Shown in pieces: positions 48,801 through 61,900 of a DNA stretch of 64,000 nucleotides (position 1 is its first letter; the number at the start of each line of letters is the position of its first letter). This DNA is from Eledone cirrhosa (taxonomy: Eukaryota), in the NCBI GenBank assembly GCA_964016885.1, contig OZ024743.1:136400001-136464000 (forward strand), given 5' to 3'. Under the pieces are notes generated by a model. That model ran no database searches. It was given only the letters and a program-made list of their open reading frames with translations, and had not been told where the DNA came from. The translations under genes and the position numbers were made by a program.

Positions 48801-51800
48801 GCTGCCTGCTTGGTGTTTGGTGTTTGGCGCTTGGTGCTTGGTGTTTGGTGTTTGGTGCTTGGTGCTTGGTGCTTGGTATCTGGTGTTTGGTGCTTGATGT
48901 TTGGTGTTTGGTGCTTGGTGTTTTGTGTTTGGTGATTGGTGCTTGGTGCCTGGTGCTTGGTGCTTGGTGCTTGTTGTTTGGTGCTTGGTGCTTGGTGATT
49001 AGTGTTTGGTGCTTGGTGCTTGCGGTTTGGTGTTTGGTGCTTGGGGTTTGGTGCTTGGTGCTTGGTGCTTGGTGTTTGGTGCTTGGTGCTTGGTGTTTGG
49101 TGCTTGGTGCTTGGTGTTTGGTGTTTGGCGTTTGCTGTTTGCTGTTTGCTGTTTGGTGCTTGCTGTTTGGTGCTTGGTGCTTGGTGTTTGGTGTTTGGTG
49201 TTTTGTGCTTGGTGCTTGGTGTTTGGTGCTTGGTGCTTGGTGCTGTGTGTTTGGTGCTTGGTGCTTGGTGTTTGGTGCTTGGTGCTTGGTGCTTGGTCTT
49301 TGCTCCTTGGTGCTTGGTGCTTGGTCTTTGGTGCTTGGGTTTTGGTGTTTGCTGCATGGTGCTTGGTGTTTGGTGCTTGGTTCTTGGTGCTTGGTGCTTG
49401 GTGTTTGGTGATTGCTGCTTGGTGCTTGGTGTTTGGTGCTTGGTGCTTGGTGATTAGTGTTTGGTGATTGGTGCTTGGGGTTTGCTGTTTGGTGCTTGGT
49501 GTTTGGTGCTTGGTGCTTGCTGTTTGGTGTTTGGTGTTTGGTTCTTGGTGCTTGGTGTTTGGTGTTTGGTGTCTGGTGCTTGGTGCTTGGTGCTTGGTGT
49601 TTGGTGCTTGGTGCTTGGTGCTTGGTGTTTGGTGCTGCGTGCTTGGTGTTTGGTGCTTGGTGCTTGGTGATTGCTGCTTGGTGCTTGGTGTTTGGTGCTT
49701 GGTGCTTGGTGATTAGTGTTTGGTGATTGGTGCTTGGGGTTTGCTGTTTGGTGCTTGGTGTTTGGTGCTTGGTGCTTGCTGTTTGGTGTTTGGTGTTTGG
49801 TTCTTGGTGCTTGGTGTTTGGTGTTTGGTGTCTGGTGCTTGGTGCTTGGTGCTTGGTGTTTGGTGCTTGGTGCTTGGTGCTTGGTGCTTGGTGCTTAGTG
49901 CTTGGTGTTAGGTGTTTGGTGCTTGGTGATTGGTGTTTGATGTTAGGTTCTTGGTGCTTGGTGTTTGGTGTTTGGTGCTTGGTGCTTGGTGTTTGGTGTT
50001 TGGTGCATGGTGCTTGGTGCTTGGTGCTTGGTGTTAGGTGTTTGGTGCTTGGTGCTTGGTGTTTGGTGCTTGGTGCTTTGTGTTTGGTGCTTGGTGTTTG
50101 GTGCTTGGTGCTTGGTGCTTGGTGCTTGGTGTTAGGTGTTTGGTGTTTGGTGATTGGTGTTTGATGTTAGGTTCTTGGTGCTTGGTGTTTGGTGTTTGGT
50201 GCTTGGTGTTTGGTGTTTGGTGCTTGGTGCTTGGTGCTTGGTGCTTGGTGTTTGGTGTTTGGTGTTTGATGCTTGGTGTTTGCTGCTTGGTGCTTGGTGC
50301 TTGGTGTTTTGTGTTTGGTGTTTGATGCTGCGTGCTTGGTGTTTGGTGTTTGGTGCTTGGTGCTTGGTGTTTGGTGTTTGGAGCTTGGTGCCTGGTGCTT
50401 GTTGTTTGATGTTTGGCGCTTGGTGCTTGGTGTTAGGTGTTTGGTGCTTGGTGCTTGGTGCTTGGTATCTGGTGTTAGGTGCTTGATGTTTGGTGTTTGG
50501 TGCTTAGTGTTTGGTGTTTGGTGCATGGTGCTTGGTGTTTGGTGCTTGGTGTTTGGTGTTTGGTGTTTGATGCTTGGTGTTTGCTGCTGGCTGCTTGCTG
50601 CTTGGTGTTTGGTGCTAGGGGCTTGGTGCTTGGTGCTTGGTGTTTGGTGCTTGGTGCTTGGTGCCTGGTGCTTGGTGCTTGGTGCTTGTTGTTTGGTGCT
50701 TGGTGCTTGGTGATTAGTGTTTGGTGCTTGGTGCTTGAGGTTTGGTGTTTGGTGCTTGGGTTTGGTGTTTGGTGCTTGGTGCTTGGTGTTTGGTGCTTGG
50801 TGCTTGGTGCTTGGTGTTTGGTGCTTGGTGCTTGGTGTTTGGTGCTTGGTGCTTGGTGTTTGGTGTTTGGCGTTTGCTGTTTGCTGTTTTGTGCTTGGTG
50901 CTTGGGGTTTGGTGTTTGGTGCTTGGTGCTTGGTGTTTGGTGCTTGGTGCTTGGTGCTGGGTGTTTGGTGCTTGGTGCTTGGTGTTTGGTGCTTGGTGCT
51001 TGGTGCTTGGTGTTTGGTCCTTGGTGCTTGGTGCTTGGTCTTTGGTGCTTGGGGTTTGGTGTTTGGTGCTTGGTGCTTGGTGTTTGGTGATTGCTGCTTG
51101 GTACTTGGTGTTTGGTGCTTGGTGCTTGGTGACTAGTGTTTGGTTATTGGTGCTTGGGGTTTGCTGTTTGGTGCTTGGTGTTTGGTGCTTGGTGCTTGCT
51201 GTTTGGTGTTTGTTGTTTGGTTCTTGGTGCTTGGTGTTTGGTGTTTGGTGTTTGGTGCTTGGTGCTTGGTGTTTGGTGCTTGGTGCTTGGTGCTTGGTGT
51301 TTGGTGCTGCGTGCTTGGTGTTTGGTGTTTGGTGCTTGGTGCCTGGTGCTTGTTGTTTGGTGCTTAGTGCTTGGTGTTTGGTGTTTGGTGCTTGGTGCTT
51401 GGTGGCTGGTGCTCGGTGCTTGGTGTTTGGAGTTTGGTGCTTGGTGCTTGGTGCCTGGTGTTTCGTGCTTGGTGCTTGGTGCTTGGTGTTTGGTGTTTGG
51501 TGCTTGGTGTTTGGTGTTTGGTACTTGGTGCTTGGTGCTTGGTGCTTGGTGTTTGGTGCTTGGTGTTTGATGCTGCGTGCTTGGTGTTTGGTGTTTGGTG
51601 CTTGGTGCTTGGTGTTTGGTGTTTGGAGCTTGGTGCCTGCTGCTTGTTGTTTGGTGTTTGGTGCTTGGTGCTTGGTGCTTGGTATCTGGTGTTTGGTGCT
51701 TGATGTCTGGTGTTTGGTGCTTGGTGCTTGGTGCTTGGTGTTTGGTGTTTGGTGCTTGGTGCTTGGTGTTTGGTGCTTGGTGTTTGGTGTTTGGTGTTTG

Positions 51801-54800
51801 ATGCTTGGGGTTTGGTGTTTGGTGCTTGGTGCTTGGTGTTTGGTGCTTGGTGCTTGGTGCTTGGTGCTTGGTGCTTGGTGTTTGGTGCTTGGTGCTTGGT
51901 GTTTGGTGCTTGGTGTTTGGTGCTTGGTGCTTGGTGCTTGGTGTTAGGTGTTTGGTGCTTGGTGCTTGGTGTTTGATGTTTGGTCCTTGGTGCTTGGTGT
52001 TTGGTGTTTGTTGCTTGGTGCTTGGTGTTTGGTGTTTGGTGCTTGCTGCTTGCTGCTTGGTGTTTGGTGCTTGGTGATTGGTGCTTGGTGTTTTGTGCTT
52101 GGTGCTTGGTGTTTGGTGTTTGGTGCTAGGGGCTTGGTGCTTGGTGCTTGGTGTTTGGTGCTTGGTGCTTGCTGTTTGGTGTTTGGTGCTTGGTGCGTGG
52201 GACTTAGTGTTTGGTGTTTGGTGCTTGGTGTTTGGTGCTTGGTGTTTGGTGCTTGGTGTTTGGGGCTTGGTGTTCGGTGCTTGGTGCTTGGTGCTTGGGG
52301 CTTGGTGTTTGGTGTTTGGTGCTTGGTGCTTGGTGTTTGATGTTGGGTCCTTGGTGCTTGGTGTTTGGTGTTTGGTGCTTTGTGTTTGGTGTTTGGTGCT
52401 TGGTGCTTGGTGTTTGGTATTTTGTGCTTGGTGCTTGGGGCTTGGTGTTTGGTGCTTGGTGCTTGGTGTTTGGTGCTTCTGCTTGGGGCTTGGTAGTTGG
52501 TGCTTGGTGCTTGGTGCCTGGTGTTTGGTGTTTGGTGTTTGGTGCTTGGTGTATGGTGCTTGGTGCTTGGTGCTGGGTGGTTGGTGTTTGGTGCTTGGTG
52601 CTTGGTGTTTGGTGCTTGGTGCTTGGTGCTTGTTGTTTGGTGCTTGGTGCTTGGTGCTTGGTCTTTGGTGCATGGTGTTTGGTGTTTGGCGCTTGGTGCT
52701 TGGTGCTTCGTGATTGGTGCTTGGGGTTTGGTGGTTGGTGCTTGGTGCTTGGTGTTTGGTGTTTGGTGTTTGGTGTTCGGTGTTTGCTGTTTGGTGTCTG
52801 CTTTTTGGTGTTTGGTGTTTGCTGTATGGTGTTTGCTGTTTCGTATTTGGTTTTTGCTGATTGGTGTTTGGTGTTTGCTGTTTGGTGTTTGGTGTTTGGT
52901 GTTTGGTGCTTGGTGCTTGGTGCTTGGTGTTTGGCGTTTGGTGCTTGGTGCTTGGTGTTTGGTGCTTCGTGCTTGGTGTTTGGTGTTTGGTGCTTGGTGC
53001 CTGGTGCTTGTTGTATGGTGTTTGGTGCTTGGTGCTTGGTGTTTGGTGTTTGCTGCTTGGTGTCTGGTGTTTGGTGCTTGGTGTTTGGTGTTTGGTGCTT
53101 GGTGCTTGGTGCTTGGTGTTTGGTGTTTGGTGCTTGGTGCTTGGTGTTTGGTGTTTGGTGCTGGGTGCATGGAGTTTGGTGCTTGGTGCTTAGTGCTTGG
53201 TGTGTGGTGCTTGGTGCTTGGTGTTTTGTGTTTGGTTCTTGGTGCTTGGTGACTGGTGCTTGGTGCTTGGTGCTTGTTGTTTGGTGCTTGGTGCTTGGTG
53301 ATTAGTGTTTGGTGCTTGGTGCTTGGTGTTTGGTGCTTGGTGTTTGGTGCTTGGTGCCTGGTGCTTGGTGTTTGGTGTTTGATGCTTGGTGTTTGGTGTT
53401 TGGTGTTTGGTACTTGGTGTTCGGTGCTTGGTGCTTGGTGCTTGGTGCTTGGTGTTTGGTGTTTGGTGCTTGGTGCTTGGTGTTTGATGTTTGGTCATTG
53501 GTGCTTGGTGTTTGGTGTTGTGTGCTTGGTGCTTGGTGGTTGGTGTTTGGTGCTTGGTGCTTGGTGCTTGGTGTTTGGCGTTTCCTGTTTGCTGTTTGGT
53601 GTTTGGTGTTTGCTGTTTGGTGTTTGCTGTTTGGTGTTTGGTGTTTGGTGCTTGCTGTTTGGTGCTTGGTGCTTGGTGTATGGTGTTTGGTGCTTGGTGT
53701 TTGGTGCTTGATGCTTGGTGCTGGGTGTTTGGTGCTTGGTGCTTGGTGTTTGGTGCTTGGTGATTGGTGCTTGGTGTTTGGTCCTTGGTGCTTGGTGCAT
53801 GGTCTTTGGTGCTTGGGTTTTGGTGTTTGGTGCTTGGTGCTTGGTGTTTGGTGCTTGGTGCTTGGTGCTTGGTGCTTGGTGTTTGGTGCTTGCTGCTTGG
53901 TGCTTGGTGTTTGGTGCTTGGTGCTTGGTGAGTAGTGTTTGGTGATTGGTGCTTGGGGTTTGGTGTTTGGGGCTTGGTGTTTGGTGCTTAGTGCTTGCTG
54001 TTTGGTGTTTGGTGTTTGGTTCTTGGTGCTTGGTGTTTGGTGTTTGGTGTTTGGTGCTTGGTGCTTGGTGCTTGGTGTTTGGTGCTTGGTGCTTGGTGCT
54101 TGGTGTTTGGTGCTGCGTGCTTGGTGTTTGGTGTTCGGTGCTTGGTGCCTGGTGCTTGTTGTTTGGTGTTTGGTGCTTAGTGCTTGGTGTTTGGTGTTTG
54201 GTGCTTGGTGCTTGGTGGCTGGTGTTTGGTGCTTGGTGTTTGGAGTTTGGTGCTTGGTGCTTGGTGCCTGGTGTTTCGTGCTTGGTGCTTGGTGCTTGGT
54301 GTTTGGTGTTTGGTGCTTGGTGTTTGGTGTTTGGTACTTGGTGCTTGGTGCTTGGTGCTTGTTGTTTGGTGCTTGGTATTTGATGCTGACTGCTTGGTGT
54401 TTGGTGTTTGGTGCTTGGTGCTTGGTGTTTGGCGTTTGGAGCTCGGTGCCTGGTGCTTGTTGTTTGGTGTTTGGCGCTTGGTGCTTGGTATCTGGTGTTT
54501 GGTGCTTGATGTTTGGTGTTTGGTGCTTGGTGTTTTGTGTTTGGTGATTGGTGCTTGGTGCCTGGTGCTTGGTGCTTGGTGCTTGTTGTTTGGTGCTTGG
54601 TGCTTGGTGATTAGTGTTTGGTGCTTGGTGCTTGCGGTTTGCTGTTTGGTGCTTGGGGTTTGGTGCTTGGTGCTTGGTGCTTGGTGTTTGGTGCTTGGTG
54701 CTTGGTGTTTGGTGCTTGGTGCTTGGTGTTTGGTGTTTGGTGTTTGCTGTTTGCTGTTTGCTGTTTGGTGCTTGCTGTTTGGTGCTTGGTGCTTGGTGTT

Positions 54801-56348
54801 TGGTGTTTGGTGTTTTGTGCTTGGTGCTTGGTGTTTGGTGCTTGGTGCTTGGTGCTGGGTGTTTGGTGCTTGGTGCTTGGTGTTTGGTGCTTGGTGCTTG
54901 GTGCTTGGTGTTTGGTCCTTGGTGCTTGGTGCTTGGTCTTTGGTGCTTGGGTTTTGGTGTTTGGTGCTTGGTGCTTGGTGTTTGGTGCTTGGTTCTTGGT
55001 GCTTGGTGCTTGGTGTTTGGTGATTGCTGCTTGGTGCTTGGTGTTTGGTGCTTGGTGCTTGGTGATTAGTGTTTGGTGATTGGTGCTTGGGGTTTGCTGT
55101 TTGGTGCTTGGTGCTTGCTGTTTGGTGTTTGGTGTTTGGTTCTTGGTGCTTGGTGTTTGGTGTTTGGTGTCTGGTGCTTGGTGCTTGGTGCTTGGTGTTT
55201 GGTGCTTGGTGCTTGGTGCTTGGTGTTTGGTGCTGCGTGCTTGGTGTTTGGTGCTTGGTGCTTGGTGATTAGTGTTTGGTGCTTTGTGTTTGGTGCTTGG
55301 TGTTTGGTGCTTGGTGCTTGGTGCTTGGTGCTTGGTGTTAGGTGTTTGGTGCTTGGTGATTGGTGTTTGATGTTAGGTTCTTGGTGCTTGGTGTTTGGTG
55401 TTTGGTGCTTGGTGCTTGGTGTTTGGTGTTTGGTGCTTGGTGCTTGGTGCTTGGTGCTTGGTGTTAGGTGTTTGGTGCTTGGTGCTTGGTGTTTGGTGCT
55501 TGGTGCTTTGTGTTTGGTGCTTGGTGTTTGGTGCTTGGTGCTTGGTGCTTGGTGCTTGGTGTTAGGTGTTTGGTGCTTGGTGATTGGTGTTTGATGTTAG
55601 GTTCTTGGTGCTTGGTGTTTGGTGTTTGGTGCTTGGTGCTTGGTGTTTGGTGTTTGGTGCTTGGTGCTTGGTGCTTGGTGCTTGGTGTTAGGTGTTTGGT
55701 GCTTGGTGATGGGTGCTTGGTGTTTGGTCCTTGGTGCTTGGTGCATGGTCTTTGGTGCTTGGGTTTTGGTGTTTGGTGCTTGGTGCTTGGTGTTTGGTGC
55801 TTGGTGCTTGGTGCTTGGTGCTTGGTGTTTGGTGCTTGCTGCTTGGTGCTTGGTGTTTGGTGCTTGGTGCTTGGTGATTAGTGTTTGGTGATTGGTGCTT
55901 GGGGTTTGGTGTTTGGGGCTTGGTGTTTGGTGGTTAGTGCTTGCTATTTGGTGTTTGGTGTTTGGTTCTTGGTGCTTGGTGGCTGGTGTTTGGTGCTTGG
56001 TGCTTGTTGTTTGGTGTTTGGTGTTTGGTGCTTGGTGCTTGGTGGCTGGTGTTTGGTGCTTGGTGTTTGGAGTTTGGTGCTTGGTGCTTGGTGCCTGGTG
56101 TTTCGTGCTTGGTGCTTGGTGCTTGGTGTTTGGTGATTGGTGCTTGGTGTTTGGTGTTTGGTACTTGGTGCTTGGTGCTTGGTGCTTGGTGCTTGGTGCT
56201 TGGTGTTTGATGCTGCGTGCTTGGTGTTTGGTGTTTGGTGCTTGGTGCTTGGTGTTTGGTCTTTGGAGCTCGGTGCCTGGTGCTTGTTGTTTGGTGTTTG
56301 GCGCTTGGTGCTTGGTGTTTGGTGTTTGGTGCTTGGTGCTTGGTGCTT
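39889..56348 (+). repeat. Near-perfect head-to-tail duplication of an 8,216-bp unit
   Basis: The ORFs from 40097 to 48001 recur at +8,216 (48313 to 56217). I noticed only four substitutions (near 40561, 43783, 46966 and 47307). Confidence 0.95.
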
Positions 56349-58798
56349 GGTATCTGGTGCTTGGTGCTTGATGTTTGGTGTTTGGTGCTTGGTGTTTGGT
56401 GTTTGGTGCTTGGTGCTTGGTGTTTGGTGCTGGGTGTTTGGTGTTTGGTGTTTGATGCTTGGTGTTTGCTGCTTGGTGCTTGGTGCTTGGTGTTTTGTGT
56501 TTGGTGATTGGTGCTTGGTGCCTGGTGCTTGGTGCTTGGTGCTTGTTGTTTGGTGCTTGGTGCTTGGTGATTAGTGTTTGGTGCTTGGTGCTTGCGGTTT
56601 GGTGTTTGGTGCTTGGGGTTTGGTGCTTGGTGCTTGGTGCTTGGTGTTTGGTGCTTGGTGCTTGGTGTTTGGTGCTTGGTGCTTGGTGTTTGGTGTTTGG
56701 CGTTTGCTGTTTGCTGTTTGGTGTTTGGTGCTTGCTGTTTGGTGCTTGGTGCTTGGTGTTTGGTGTTTGGTGTTTTGTGCTTGGTGCTTGGTGTTTGGTG
56801 CTTGGTGCTTGGTGCTGGGTGTTTGGTGCTTGGTGCTTGGTGTTTGGTGCTTGGTGCTTGGTGCTTGGTGTTTGGTCCTTGGTGCTTGGTGCTTGGTCTT
56901 TGGTGCTTGGGTTTTGGTGTTTGGTGCTTGGTGCTTGGTGTTTGGTGCTTGGTTCTTGGTGCTTGGTGCTTGGTGTTTGGTGATTGCTGCTTGGTGCTTG
57001 GTGTTTGGTGCTTGGTGCTTGGTGATTAGTGTTTGGTGATTGGTGCTTGGGATTTGCTGTTTGGTGCTTGGTGTTTGGTGCTTGGTGCTTGATGTTTGGT
57101 GTTTGGTGTTTGGTTCTTGGTGCTTGGTGTTTGGTGTTTGGTGTCTGGTGCTTGGTGCTTGGTGCCTGGTGTTTGGTGCTTGGTGCTTGGTGCTTGGTGT
57201 TTGGTGCTGCGTGCTTGGTGTTTGGTGCTTGGTGCTTGGTGATTATTGTTTGGTGCTTTGTGTTTGGTGCTTGGTGTTTGGTGCTTGGTGCTTGGTGCTT
57301 GGTGCTTGGTGTTAGGTGTTTGGTGCTTGGTGATTGGTGTTTGATGTTAGGTTCTTGGTGCTTGGTGTTTGGTGTTTGGTGTTTGGTTCTTGGTGCTTGG
57401 TGGCTGGTGTTTGGTGCTTGGTGCTTGTTGTTTGGTGTTTGGTGTTTGGTGCTTGGTGCTTGGTGGCTGGTGTTTGGTGCTTGGTGTTTGGAGTTTGGTG
57501 CTTGGTGCTTGGTGCCTGGTGTTTCGTGCTTGGTGCTTGGTGCTTGGTGTTTGGTGATTGGTGCTTGGTGTTTGGTGTTTGGTACTTGGTGCTTGGTGCT
57601 TGGTGCTTGGTGCTTGGTGCTTGGTGTTTGATGCTGCGTGCTTGGTGTTTGGTGTTTGGTGCTTGGTGCTTGGTGTTTGGTCTTTGGAGCTCGGTGCCTG
57701 GTGCTTGTTGTTTGGTGTTTGGCGCTTGGTGCTTGGTGTTTGGTGTTTGGTGCTTGGTGCTTGGTGCTTGGTATCTGGTGCTTGGTGCTTGATGTTTGGT
57801 GTTTGGTGCTTGGTGTTTGGTGTTTGGTGCTTGGTGCTTGGTGTTTGGTGCTGGGTGTTTGGTGTTTGGTGTTTGATGCTTGGTGTTTGCTGCTTGGTGC
57901 TTGGTGCTTGGTGTTTTGTGTTTGGTGATTGGTGCTTGGTGCCTGGTGCTTGGTGCTTGGTGCTTGTTGTTTGGTGCTTGGTGCTTGGTGATTAGTGTTT
58001 GGTGCTTGGTGCTTGCGGTTTGGTGTTTGGTGCTTGGGGTTTGGTGCTTGGTGCTTGGTGCTTGGTGTTTGGTGCTTGGTGCTTGGTGTTTGGTGCTTGG
58101 TGCTTGGTGTTTGGTGTTTGGCGTTTGCTGTTTGCTGTTTGGTGTTTGGTGCTTGCTGTTTGGTGCTTGGTGCTTGGTGTTTGGTGTTTGGTGTTTTGTG
58201 CTTGGTGCTTGGTGTTTGGTGCTTGGTGCTTGGTGCTGGGTGTTTGGTGCTTGGTGCTTGGTGTTTGGTGCTTGGTGCTTGGTGCTTGGTGTTTGGTCCT
58301 TGGTGCTTGGTGCTTGGTCTTTGGTGCTTGGGTTTTGGTGTTTGGTGCTTGGTGCTTGGTGTTTGGTGCTTGGTTCTTGGTGCTTGGTGCTTGGTGTTTG
58401 GTGATTGCTGCTTGGTGCTTGGTGTTTGGTGCTTGGTGCTTGGTGATTAGTGTTTGGTGATTGGTGCTTGGGATTTGCTGTTTGGTGCTTGGTGTTTGGT
58501 GCTTGGTGCTTGATGTTTGGTGTTTGGTGTTTGGTTCTTGGTGCTTGGTGTTTGGTGTTTGGTGTCTGGTGCTTGGTGCTTGGTGCCTGGTGTTTGGTGC
58601 TTGGTGCTTGGTGCTTGGTGTTTGGTGCTGCGTGCTTGGTGTTTGGTGCTTGGTGCTTGGTGATTATTGTTTGGTGCTTTGTGTTTGGTGCTTGGTGTTT
58701 GGTGCTTGGTGCTTGGTGCTTGGTGCTTGGTGTTAGGTGTTTGGTGCTTGGTGATTGGTGTTTGATGTTAGGTTCTTGGTGCTTGGTGTTTGGTGTTT
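55950..58798 (+). repeat. Tandem duplication of a 1,421-bp (203-monomer) unit
   Basis: ORF pairs 56137/57558, 56217/57638, 56574/57995 and 57029/58450. Private markers GGGATTT (57049, 58470) and GGTGATT-ATTGTTT (~57238, ~58659). Confidence 0.93.
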
Positions 58799-58952
58799 GG
58801 TGCTTGGTGCTTGGTGTTTGGTGTTTGGTGCTTGGTGCTTGGTGCTTGGTGCTTGGTGCTTGGTGCTTGGTGCTTGGTGTTTGGTGCTTTGTTCTTGGTG
58901 CTTGGTGCTTGGTGTTTGGTGATTGCTGCTTGGTGCTTGGTGTTTGGTGTTT

Positions 58953-61900
58953 GGTGCTTGGTGCTTGGTGTTTGGTGTTTGGTGCTTGGTGTTTGGTGTT
59001 TGGTACTTGGTGCTTGGTGCTTGGTGCTTGGTGTTTGGTGCTTGGTGTTTGATGCTGCGTGCTTGGTGTTTGGTGTTTGGTGCTTGGTGCTTGGTGTTTG
59101 GTGTTTGGAGCTTGGTGCCTGCTGCTTGTTGTTTGGTGTTTGGTGCTTGGTGCTTGGTGCTTGGTATCTGGTGTTTGGTGCTTGATGTCTGGTGTTTGGT
59201 GCTTGGTGCTTGGTGCTTGGTGTTTGGTGTTTGGTGCTTGGTGCTTGGTGTTTGGTGCTTGGTGTTTGGTGTTTGGTGTTTGATGCTTGGGGTTTGGTGT
59301 TTGGTGCTTGGTGCTTGGTGTTTGGTGCTTGGTGCTTGGTGCTTGGTGCTTGGTGCTTGGTGTTTGGTGCTTGGTGCTTGGTGTTTGGTGCTTGGTGTTT
59401 GGTGCTTGGTGCTTGGTGCTTGGTGTTAGGTGTTTGGTGCTTGGTGCTTGGTGTTTGATGTTTGGTCCTTGGTGCTTGGTGTTTGGTGTTTGTTGCTTGG
59501 TGCTTGGTGTTTGGTGTTTGGTGCTTGCTGCTTGCTGCTTGGTGTTTGGTGCTTGGTGATTGGTGCTTGGTGTTTTGTGCTTGGTGCTTGGTGTTTGGTG
59601 TTTGGTGCTAGGGGCTTGGTGCTTGGTGCTTGGTGTTTGGTGCTTGGTGCTTGCTGTTTGGTGTTTGGTGCTTGGTGCGTGGGACTTAGTGTTTGGTGTT
59701 TGGTGCTTGGTGTTTGGTGCTTGGTGTTTGGTGCTTGGTGTTTGGGGCTTGGTGTTCGGTGCTTGGTGCTTGGTGCTTGGGGCTTGGTGTTTGGTGTTTG
59801 GTGCTTGGTGCTTGGTGTTTGATGTTGGGTCCTTGGTGCTTGGTGTTTGGTGTTTGGTGCTTTGTGTTTGGTGTTTGGTGCTTGGTGCTTGGTGTTTGGT
59901 ATTTTGTGCTTGGTGCTTGGGGCTTGGTGTTTGGTGCTTGGTGCTTGGTGTTTGGTGCTTCTGCTTGGGGCTTGGTAGTTGGTGCTTGGTGCTTGGTGCC
60001 TGGTGTTTGGTGTTTGGTGTTTGGTGCTTGGTGTATGGTGCTTGGTGCTTGGTGCTGGGTGGTTGGTGTTTGGTGCTTGGTGCTTGGTGTTTGGTGCTTG
60101 GTGCTTGGTGCTTGTTGTTTGGTGCTTGGTGCTTGGTGCTTGGTCTTTGGTGCATGGTGTTTGGTGTTTGGCGCTTGGTGCTTGGTGCTTCGTGATTGGT
60201 GCTTGGGGTTTGGTGGTTGGTGCTTGGTGCTTGGTGTTTGGTGTTTGGTGTTTGGTGTTCGGTGTTTGCTGTTTGGTGTCTGCTTTTTGGTGTTTGGTGT
60301 TTGCTGTATGGTGTTTGCTGTTTCGTATTTGGTTTTTGCTGATTGGTGTTTGGTGTTTGCTGTTTGGTGTTTGGTGTTTGGTGTTTGGTGCTTGGTGCTT
60401 GGTGCTTGGTGTTTGGCGTTTGGTGCTTGGTGCTTGGTGTTTGGTGCTTCGTGCTTGGTGTTTGGTGTTTGGTGCTTGGTGCCTGGTGCTTGTTGTATGG
60501 TGTTTGGTGCTTGGTGCTTGGTGTTTGGTGTTTGCTGCTTGGTGTCTGGTGTTTGGTGCTTGGTGTTTGGTGTTTGGTGCTTGGTGCTTGGTGCTTGGTG
60601 TTTGGTGTTTGGTGCTTGGTGCTTGGTGTTTGGTGTTTGGTGCTGGGTGCATGGAGTTTGGTGCTTGGTGCTTAGTGCTTGGTGTGTGGTGCTTGGTGCT
60701 TGGTGTTTTGTGTTTGGTTCTTGGTGCTTGGTGACTGGTGCTTGGTGCTTGGTGCTTGTTGTTTGGTGCTTGGTGCTTGGTGATTAGTGTTTGGTGCTTG
60801 GTGCTTGGTGTTTGGTGCTTGGTGTTTGGTGCTTGGTGCCTGGTGCTTGGTGTTTGGTGTTTGATGCTTGGTGTTTGGTGTTTGGTGTTTGGTACTTGGT
60901 GTTCGGTGCTTGGTGCTTGGTGCTTGGTGCTTGGTGTTTGGTGTTTGGTGCTTGGTGCTTGGTGTTTGATGTTTGGTCATTGGTGCTTGGTGTTTGGTGT
61001 TGTGTGCTTGGTGCTTGGTGGTTGGTGTTTGGTGCTTGGTGCTTGGTGCTTGGTGTTTGGCGTTTCCTGTTTGCTGTTTGGTGTTTGGTGTTTGCTGTTT
61101 GGTGTTTGCTGTTTGGTGTTTGGTGTTTGGTGCTTGCTGTTTGGTGCTTGGTGCTTGGTGTATGGTGTTTGGTGCTTGGTGTTTGGTGCTTGATGCTTGG
61201 TGCTGGGTGTTTGGTGCTTGGTGCTTGGTGTTTGGTGCTTGGTGATTGGTGCTTGGTGTTTGGTCCTTGGTGCTTGGTGCATGGTCTTTGGTGCTTGGGT
61301 TTTGGTGTTTGGTGCTTGGTGCTTGGTGTTTGGTGCTTGGTGCTTGGTGCTTGGTGCTTGGTGTTTGGTGCTTGCTGCTTGGTGCTTGGTGTTTGGTGCT
61401 TGGTGCTTGGTGAGTAGTGTTTGGTGATTGGTGCTTGGGGTTTGGTGTTTGGGGCTTGGTGTTTGGTGCTTAGTGCTTGCTGTTTGGTGTTTGGTGTTTG
61501 GTTCTTGGTGCTTGGTGTTTGGTGTTTGGTGTTTGGTGCTTGGTGCTTGGTGCTTGGTGTTTGGTGCTTGGTGCTTGGTGCTTGGTGTTTGGTGCTGCGT
61601 GCTTGGTGTTTGGTGTTCGGTGCTTGGTGCCTGGTGCTTGTTGTTTGGTGTTTGGTGCTTAGTGCTTGGTGTTTGGTGTTTGGTGCTTGGTGCTTGGTGG
61701 CTGGTGTTTGGTGCTTGGTGTTTGGAGTTTGGTGCTTGGTGCTTGGTGCCTGGTGTTTCGTGCTTGGTGCTTGGTGCTTGGTGTTTGGTGTTTGGTGCTT
61801 GGTGTTTGGTGTTTGGTACTTGGTGCTTGGTGCTTGGTGCTTGTTGTTTGGTGCTTGGTATTTGATGCTGACTGCTTGGTGTTTGGTGTTTGGTGCTTGG

